DNA of 64,000 nucleotides from Chitinophaga pinensis (lineage in GTDB: Bacteria; Bacteroidota; Bacteroidia; Chitinophagales; Chitinophagaceae), in NCBI GenBank assembly GCA_945876095.1, contig CAMCMP010000011.1, forward strand, positions 44,448-108,447. The letters are read 5' to 3'. The notes below the pieces were generated by a model. It worked only from the letters and a program-made list of their open reading frames with translations. It had not been told where the DNA came from and did no database searches. Positions 58,046 through 64,000 of this stretch are shown here, piece after piece. The position numbers were made by a program, and so were the translations under genes. Positions within the stretch are counted from its first letter, which is position 1; every line of letters begins with the position of its first letter.

Positions 58046-58390
58046 CTATTTAACCTGAGCTACTAAACTTTTGAAACTTTCTGGTTCGTTCATGGCCAAA
58101 TCTGCCAAAACTTTACGATTAATATCGATGTTCTTTACAGCCAACTTATGAATAAATTCACTGTAAGTCATACCTTCCGCCCTAACGGCAGCATTAATAC
58201 GAGCGATCCACAAAGTACGGTATTCGCGTTTTTTTAATTTACGGCCAACGTAGCTATACGTTAACCCCTTTTCCATTACGTTTTTGGCAACGGTGTATAC
58301 ATTTTTACGTTTTCCGTAATAACCTTTAGCTGCTTTAAGTACTCTTTTTCTTCTAGCCCTAGATGCAACTGCATTTTTTGAACGTGGCAT
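58046..58390 (-). CDS. rplT: 50S ribosomal protein L20
   Basis: 114 aa. Supporting blocks are [26 protein letters not shown] and LWIARINAA. Confidence 0.95.
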   Translation of the reverse strand: MPRSKNAVASRARRKRVLKAAKGYYGKRKNVYTVAKNVMEKGLTYSYVGRKLKKREYRTLWIARINAAVRAEGMTYSEFIHKLAVKNIDINRKVLADLAMNEPESFKSLVAQVK

Positions 58391-58447
58391 ATCTTAATTT
58401 TTTGAAATGTTAATTTTTTGATTAAAACCCAATAATTTATTGAAAAA

Positions 58448-58648
58448 TTACCCTTTCAGGCGCAATAATCGTAATACGAAATCGTGGTTAGTAGAATGAA
58501 CCAAACCATCCTTTCTCATTACGCGCTTGCGTTTTTTTGACTTTTTGGTTAAGATGTGACGTTTGAAGGGCTTTTGAAAGGTAATTAACCCTGTACCGGT
58601 AACTTTAAAACGCTTTTTTGCGCTTGAGTTTGTTTTTACTTTTGGCAT
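58448..58648 (-). CDS. rpmI: 50S ribosomal protein L35
   Basis: 66 aa, starting [20 protein letters not shown]. Confidence 0.93.
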   Translation of the reverse strand: MPKVKTNSSAKKRFKVTGTGLITFQKPFKRHILTKKSKKRKRVMRKDGLVHSTNHDFVLRLLRLKG

Positions 58649-58760
58649 TTAATAACTTATTATAGTTACTCCCTGCTGGCGCCCCGAACAGACGGGAACT
58701 TGTAGAGCCTTGTGGGAAATGTGTGAAAAAGAACTTCTTTTTCGGGCGGCAAAGGTAATA
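58649..58760 (-). promoter_or_regulatory. candidate structured 5' leader of rpmI-rplT
   Basis: This stretch is locally GC-rich in an AT-rich genome. Read on the minus strand it is GCCGCCCGAAAAAGAAGTTCTTTTTCACACATTTCCCACAAGGCTCTACAAGTTCCCGTCTGTTCGGGGCGCCAGCAGGGAG. It contains a GAAAAAGAA/TTCTTTTTC hairpin and a CCCG/CGGG hairpin. Confidence 0.35.
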
Positions 58761-58963
58761 AAAAAACAAATACAGTACTTGTATTTTTTGAATATTCACG
58801 AAATTGAAGATTTACATTAGAAAAATTAGCCCAATTTCAAAGTGTTTGGAAGTAAAAAAAGGGCTATTTTCTATACACTTATCAATACCTAGGGATTCAT
58901 ATCAGCCTGCGGCGGACCGGATTCAAATAACGGTCTCGCTACAAAATTCTAGTTGAAAATGAA

Positions 58964-58993
58964 CAACTTACGTTTAAACGTAAGTGTTTTTTT
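58964..58993 (+). terminator. orphan plus-strand rho-independent terminator
   Basis: ACTTACG-tttaaa-CGTAAGT forms the stem and is followed by GTTTTTTTAT. No plus-strand CDS lies upstream of it. Confidence 0.55.
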
Positions 58994-59091
58994 ATTTGTT
59001 ATAAATCTTTTCGAAAGAGATTTCATAAATTTTAGCCGTTTTTTTATATAAATATTATTTAACTTTAATATATTTGACATAAATATATTTT

Positions 59092-60009
59092 ATGAACTAT
59101 ACTATTAGCCAATTAAAGATTTTTTTAAAAGTGGTTGAATTTAGAAGTATAACAAAAGCGGCCGATGAATTGAATTTAACGCAACCAGCTGTTTCTATCC
59201 AACTGAAAAACTTTCAGAAATATTTTAAATTTCCTTTAACCGAGATTATTAATAAAAAACTTTATGTAACCGAATTTGGTTTAGAAATTGCAGTTGCTTG
59301 TGAAAATATTATAAACGAAATTGAAATTATCAATTACAAAAGCAAAGGGTATAACAACAATTATACGGGTAAATTAAAAATTTCGATTGTTTCAACAGGA
59401 AAATATATCATGCCCTATTATTTATCAAGCTTTTTAAATCAATATCCAGATGTAGACTTACTAATGGATGTAACCAATAAATCAAAAGTTATAGCTAGTT
59501 TAGAAAAAAATGAAATTGATTTTGCGCTTGTTTCAACCTTACTTGATAATCTAAATTATACAGATCTTGAATTAATGGACAATCATTTATACCTTGTCGC
59601 GAATAAAGAAATAGCAGAAGAAATTAAAAAGAATAAGAAATCCTTAGACAACAAACCTTTTATCTATAGAGAGCAAGGATCGGGCACAAGACAAATGATG
59701 GAAAAGTTTATCAGCAATAATAAATTTCATAACAAAAAGAAAATTGAGCTTACTTCAAATGAGGCAGTAAAACAAGCGGTTATAGCAGGTATTGGAATTT
59801 CTATCATGCCTATCATAGGAATTAGATCAGAAATAGCCTCTGGCAAACTTAAGGTTATAGAAACCAAAGGACTCCCAATTACAACTAAATGGAGATTGGT
59901 TTGGTTAAAAGAAAAGAAATTAAGCCCGATAGCGCAACATTATATCGAGTATCTAAAAAAAGAAAAGGAAACGATTAATAAATTATCTTTTTCAATACCA
60001 AAGATTTAA
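59092..60009 (+). CDS. LysR-family transcriptional regulator
   Basis: 305 aa with an N-terminal wHTH (LKIFLKVVEFRSITKAADELNLTQPAVSIQLKNFQ). Confidence 0.88.
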   Translation: MNYTISQLKIFLKVVEFRSITKAADELNLTQPAVSIQLKNFQKYFKFPLTEIINKKLYVTEFGLEIAVACENIINEIEIINYKSKGYNNNYTGKLKISIVSTGKYIMPYYLSSFLNQYPDVDLLMDVTNKSKVIASLEKNEIDFALVSTLLDNLNYTDLELMDNHLYLVANKEIAEEIKKNKKSLDNKPFIYREQGSGTRQMMEKFISNNKFHNKKKIELTSNEAVKQAVIAGIGISIMPIIGIRSEIASGKLKVIETKGLPITTKWRLVWLKEKKLSPIAQHYIEYLKKEKETINKLSFSIPKI

Positions 60010-60212
60010 TTTAAAAATATCCATGAGTATGAAACTCTCTTTTAAATCGGATAAAAACGGATAAGCCTTTGGCGGACTGAGTTCGAATTCCGTCGTCGCT
60101 AAGAACCTGCGTGAGAAATATACACCTAAAATCGAGTCAATTCGGTTGATTACGGAATCATAAAAAATGTCCAATTATAAATCAACGCAATAATTTTCTT
60201 TTATAATATTGA

Positions 60213-60998
60213 TTATAGTGTTTGTACACCCTTCAAATAATAGTTTTTCATGATATCAAAAACCTTGTCTTTTAAATCAGAAGCTGTAATATCATCCGAA
60301 GCTACAGTCGGCAAAAAATGTATTTCTAAACGTTTAGGAACTAAATAAAATCCTTTGTTAATAGGCATAGCTTCTTTGGTTCCAAAAATGATGCAAGGCA
60401 TAACCTCTTTTTTTGCATCGATGGCTAACTTAAATGCACCATCATAGAAGGGTTTAAGAGGTTGATCCGTTCGGTTACGCGTTCCTTCTGGATAAATACA
60501 CATATGAATATTCATTTGCAATACGGAGCGCATCATTTCCAAACTTTTTCGACGACTTTGGTCATTTTTTCTATCGACTAGCACCGACCCCCTTTTATAA
60601 AACCAACCAAAAATTGGAACTTTAGCAAAGGATGATTTTGCAATCGTTTTATTTCCTCCAGGAACAAATGGAGCTGACAAGGGAACATCAATCAGCGCAT
60701 TGTGATTATAGACAATGACATAAGTCTCCCCTTTTTTAAAATTTTCTTTTCCGATAACTTTTACTGGGCATCCTACAAAATACAACCAAGTTTTCATCCA
60801 ACATCTAGAAACCCAGATAAAATAATCCTGTCCTTTCTTACCAGGTATTAAATAAGCCACCATAGATGGTAAAAAAATAATCAGGAAACTAACTACGAAA
60901 CTAACTAAACCCCATAGTGCCCAAAAACGACCAAACATATTCAATAAAAAATCAAGTACTTTATTAGCCTGTTTGTTTTCACTTTTTTTATCCTTCAT
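60213..60998 (-). CDS. plsC: 1-acyl-sn-glycerol-3-phosphate acyltransferase
   Basis: It has the H-x4-D motif (YNHNALIDV) and YPEGTRN. I prefer the start at MKDKKSENK (60998). The track ORF extends to 61046, into ung. Confidence 0.82.
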   Translation of the reverse strand: MKDKKSENKQANKVLDFLLNMFGRFWALWGLVSFVVSFLIIFLPSMVAYLIPGKKGQDYFIWVSRCWMKTWLYFVGCPVKVIGKENFKKGETYVIVYNHNALIDVPLSAPFVPGGNKTIAKSSFAKVPIFGWFYKRGSVLVDRKNDQSRRKSLEMMRSVLQMNIHMCIYPEGTRNRTDQPLKPFYDGAFKLAIDAKKEVMPCIIFGTKEAMPINKGFYLVPKRLEIHFLPTVASDDITASDLKDKVFDIMKNYYLKGVQTL

Positions 60999-61704
60999 TA
61001 CCGAATTTAATTTGTTGTTGAGAGGGAGTAAACAATTTCCAATCAATGGGAGAATAGCCCTGCTGAATCAATAATTCATTTGTTTTTGAAAAATGTCTAC
61101 AACCGAAAAATCCTTTATTAGCACTAAATGGTGAAGGATGCGCTGCCTTCAGCAAAAAATGTTTATTCTCATCAATCAGTGCTTGTTTTTGTTGTGCGAA
61201 ATTACCCCATAATAAAAATATAATCCCCTTTTTATTGTCAGAAATTTTTTTAATAACCGCATCGGTAAAATACATCCAGCCAATTTTAGCATGGCTTGCT
61301 GGTTCGTTTAATCTTACCGTTAGAAATGCATTCAACAATAAAACGCCTTGGTCTGCCCAATGGGTTAAGTTTCCATATTCCAATGGCATCTCTACTCCAA
61401 TATCTGATTGAATTTCTATAAAAATATTAATAAGTGAACGAGGAGGTTTTGTTCCAACAGGAACGGAGAAACTAAGACCGTGAGCTTGACCTGGATTGTG
61501 ATAAGGATCCTGTCCTAAAATAACCACTCTTAATTTATCAAAAGGAGTTTTATTAAAAGCATTAAATACTAGTTTACTTTGAGGAAAAATTATTTTTCCC
61601 TGGTCTCGCTCAGAATTTAATAAATCAATAATAGATAAAAAATAAGATTGGCTAATATCATCTTGCAAAAGCTCTTTCCAAGAAATATCCAATTCAATAT
61701 CCAT
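60988..61704 (-). CDS. ung: uracil-DNA glycosylase (family 1)
   Basis: 238 aa. Supporting blocks are VILGQDPYHNPGQAHGLSFSV, GVLLLN and HPSPFSA. Confidence 0.93.
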   Translation of the reverse strand: MDIELDISWKELLQDDISQSYFLSIIDLLNSERDQGKIIFPQSKLVFNAFNKTPFDKLRVVILGQDPYHNPGQAHGLSFSVPVGTKPPRSLINIFIEIQSDIGVEMPLEYGNLTHWADQGVLLLNAFLTVRLNEPASHAKIGWMYFTDAVIKKISDNKKGIIFLLWGNFAQQKQALIDENKHFLLKAAHPSPFSANKGFFGCRHFSKTNELLIQQGYSPIDWKLFTPSQQQIKFGNEG

Positions 61705-61815
61705 GCATAAGATTTTGACAAAAGTACAAAAGAAGTCTCTCTTGAAATGAAAGTAGTAGCTGATTAGTATGATTGTGTAAGCAAAATCTTTAAAATGCTA
61801 ACAACATAATAGTAA

Positions 61816-63972
61816 TTAATTTAAAAATACCTCATCTACAAATACCGAACCTTTAAATCCTTTAGGGCTCCGCCACATCGGTAATTTATGAACTGGAATT
61901 AACACCACTTTTAAATAGCTGGCTTTGATCGGATTGAATGAAATTTGTACACCTTTGGTATAAGTAGGTGCTGGTTTTTCAGGTTGAACAGGTATTTCTT
62001 TTTTAATCAATCGTAAACTTCTAGGATTATTACCAGCCCAAACTTGGATTTGTTGAGCAGGGAAAATATTGCTATTAATAGCTACTAGAGTACTAAGGGT
62101 AACGGAAGAAACATCGATAGGATCTTTTAAATAAATAAGGATCTCCATCGGTTGATCTTTAAAACCCATCCATTTTCCATTTGAAAAATCTTTATCCTCT
62201 CCTTTTTTCGTATCAATTAAAATGGATGCGCTGAATTTTTTGTAAGGATCTTGTTCTGATGGTTTCAATAAACTAATAGAGTCAATTTTTGCACCAGGTT
62301 TAAAAAATGTCCTCTCTACCACTTCGCTACTTTGCCAACCTACTTTAAAAGCTTTCACCTTCAAGGTTAATGTATTATCCATTAGATAATCTCCTTTATA
62401 AAGCGGTGATAAAATGCTGTCTGGATCAGTTCCATCAATTGTATAGCGCATTTCAACTCCTTTTACATAATGCTTTAATTTAAGTTTGGTGGGCTCCATC
62501 AAAATCAATTCCTCATTTTCAATGATTGGTTGATTTAATTTTATCACTACGGTATCACCTGAAAAACCTGTTTCAATTCTTGTATTCTTCAATTGATTTT
62601 GAAGAGTAGCTATATTTTGATTTTGAGCAGGAGTACTCCAAATAATCAATTCAGTCAATTTAGACAAAGGAGATAAAACTCCTAGGCTGGTCAAATCTAC
62701 TCCTGTTCCCGACAATGATAGTTGTTTTAAAGATTTCAACTGAGTGAATGATGATAAACCAGTTCCTTTAATATTGGTGAAAGATAAATTTAGTTTACGT
62801 AAGTTGGTAAATTGAGCGATAGTAGCCAAGTCTCCATCAGTTACAGGTATCTTATTCAGATTAAGGGTAACAATCTGTTCTTTTAATGGTAGTAATTCTT
62901 TGAGTTGTTCTGCTTTAAATTGAGAGGCACCAAAAAATTCAACACCTAATGCAGGTGAGTTAATTGACAATGGTGTGATAAAGCGGTAATTATTGCTCAA
63001 GGATTTTACTATATTTTCATCTGCAGCTTTGAAATTATAATTATCAGTTTCAATGGTATTAAATAAAACCTTTGCAAGTAAACTTAGCGTATCTGTTGCT
63101 GGTAGGTTAGCAACTTTAGCCGTTGCGCTTGCTCCACTATGTATCCAATAATAAAGAATTTTGATCTCCTCATCTGTAAGCTGAGGTCTTCCACTTGGAG
63201 GCATGTGTTTTTTACTATCTAGTGGTAAATGTACTCGACTCAGCAGTGATCCAAAATCACTTTTAGTAGAATCCCATAGAACTCCATTTTTACCCCCTTT
63301 CAACAGTTGAGCAAAAGTTACCATCACCAATTCGCCTTTAGACTTATTATCATTATGACAACTGATACATTTAGATTGCAAAATTGGTTGTACCATATTG
63401 GTATAAATAATTGCATCTTCAAATAATACAATCGGCGATTTTTTTTCTTTCATTACAGGAGCTAGCACAAAATTTTCTCCATGAGTAACACTAGCACCTA
63501 AATGACTGGTAAAAATAATTACTACCAAAGCGGTAATAGAAGTAACCCCTAATAATAATTTAGTATTACGAATCGATTGTCTAAATACATACCAAAAAAT
63601 TGATAACAATGAAATGAAAGCTCCACCCCACTTGTGCCAAAAAAGAATATCTTGTTCATAGCCATCTTCTTTTGAAAGCAATAAACCCATTAATGCACTC
63701 ATTACCGAAGTCAGCGCTGTAATTAACAAAAGGCTATCTCCTATTACAGTTTGATCTGTTTTAAGTGACAATTTAAACCCAGAAAAAAATTCCCAAAAAA
63801 TACAGGTTACTAATAACACAATGGGAAAATGCAAAAGCATCGGATGCATTCTACCTAAAGGCTGAACCCATACAGGCACCAATAAACCTTTTTCAAAAAT
63901 TAAAAGAAATACCAGTAAACAATTCAATGCAAAACTGGCATTATATAAATAGGTTTTAAATCTTTGCATCAT
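61816..63972 (-). CDS. membrane protein with c-type cytochrome (PSCyt-like) domain, leucine-rich repeats and a C-terminal discoidin-like domain
   Basis: 718 aa with ~5 N-terminal TM helices. The heme site is CISCHNDNKSKGEL. LRR-like repeats are present (LNLNKIPVTDGDLATIAQFTNLRKLNLSFTNIKGTGL...LKQLSLSGTGV). Confidence 0.65.
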   Translation of the reverse strand: MMQRFKTYLYNASFALNCLLVFLLIFEKGLLVPVWVQPLGRMHPMLLHFPIVLLVTCIFWEFFSGFKLSLKTDQTVIGDSLLLITALTSVMSALMGLLLSKEDGYEQDILFWHKWGGAFISLLSIFWYVFRQSIRNTKLLLGVTSITALVVIIFTSHLGASVTHGENFVLAPVMKEKKSPIVLFEDAIIYTNMVQPILQSKCISCHNDNKSKGELVMVTFAQLLKGGKNGVLWDSTKSDFGSLLSRVHLPLDSKKHMPPSGRPQLTDEEIKILYYWIHSGASATAKVANLPATDTLSLLAKVLFNTIETDNYNFKAADENIVKSLSNNYRFITPLSINSPALGVEFFGASQFKAEQLKELLPLKEQIVTLNLNKIPVTDGDLATIAQFTNLRKLNLSFTNIKGTGLSSFTQLKSLKQLSLSGTGVDLTSLGVLSPLSKLTELIIWSTPAQNQNIATLQNQLKNTRIETGFSGDTVVIKLNQPIIENEELILMEPTKLKLKHYVKGVEMRYTIDGTDPDSILSPLYKGDYLMDNTLTLKVKAFKVGWQSSEVVERTFFKPGAKIDSISLLKPSEQDPYKKFSASILIDTKKGEDKDFSNGKWMGFKDQPMEILIYLKDPIDVSSVTLSTLVAINSNIFPAQQIQVWAGNNPRSLRLIKKEIPVQPEKPAPTYTKGVQISFNPIKASYLKVVLIPVHKLPMWRSPKGFKGSVFVDEVFLN

Positions 63973-64000
63973 TTTAATAAACTTTTATTTCATCTATGAA

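Noticed and set aside
58605-58799. 64-aa minus-strand ORF overlapping the rpmI start
   Set aside because: It overlaps rpmI out of frame and spans the GC-rich leader. The sequence looks like structured RNA rather than coding sequence.
60070-60100. tRNA gene or fragment suggested by a GTTCGAAT T-loop-like sequence
   Set aside because: No complementary acceptor or T-stem pairing exists, and there is no D or anticodon arm upstream. At most it is a degenerate relic, reported only as part of the paired-element finding.
59992-60174. 60-aa minus-strand ORF downstream of the LysR gene
   Set aside because: It overlaps the LysR 3' end and the GC-rich repeat element. It has no motif and is likely non-coding.

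Overview
This is a low-GC, Bacteroidota-type chromosomal segment. The taxonomic call rests on a short Bacteroidetes-style primary sigma factor, FISUMP paralogues, type-B L31, a PSCyt-type cytochrome domain protein and TAnnTTTG-like -7 boxes.

The left 26.4 kb is an accessory locus.
- Positions 1-14987 (minus strand) hold a tightly packed phage-tail-like extracellular contractile injection system (eCIS / T6SS-iv-like) structural operon. Its order is DUF4255 cap, orphan 279-aa gene, sheath, two tube paralogues, an unlisted 56-aa ORF, tube-LysM protein, VgrG spike, PAAR, gp25, a 1270-aa baseplate-position protein, a 261-aa orphan, and a baseplate-J-like ORF that runs off the left edge.
- Positions 15313-26437 (plus strand, divergent) hold a membrane-anchored GH18-like pseudoenzyme and a small SAM methyltransferase with two decayed copies of its 3' end.
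- The same stretch holds an array of three large proteins. Each has a polar N-terminal leader and an HExxH-containing DUF4157 module (a reported eCIS-toxin marker) joined to an unrelated C-terminal domain.
- One of these is followed by a small acidic T3SS-chaperone-like ORF.

I consider this eCIS plus its polymorphic DUF4157 effector cassette array the system most worth follow-up.

The remaining ~37 kb looks like ordinary core genome. It includes an FGE-sulfatase pair, a glycosidase, an FAD/Fe-S oxidase, two FISUMP paralogues, a Na+/solute symporter, leuC-leuD-leuA-leuB, pdxJ, rpoD, ltaE, pgi, tpiA, rpmE2, yajQ, lgt, bacilliredoxin, speA, rpmI-rplT, a LysR regulator, plsC and ung. The main oddity there is a pair of inverted heptanucleotide-repeat arrays inserted between leuD and leuA.

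I saw no rRNA, tRNA, CRISPR array, transposase or integrase.
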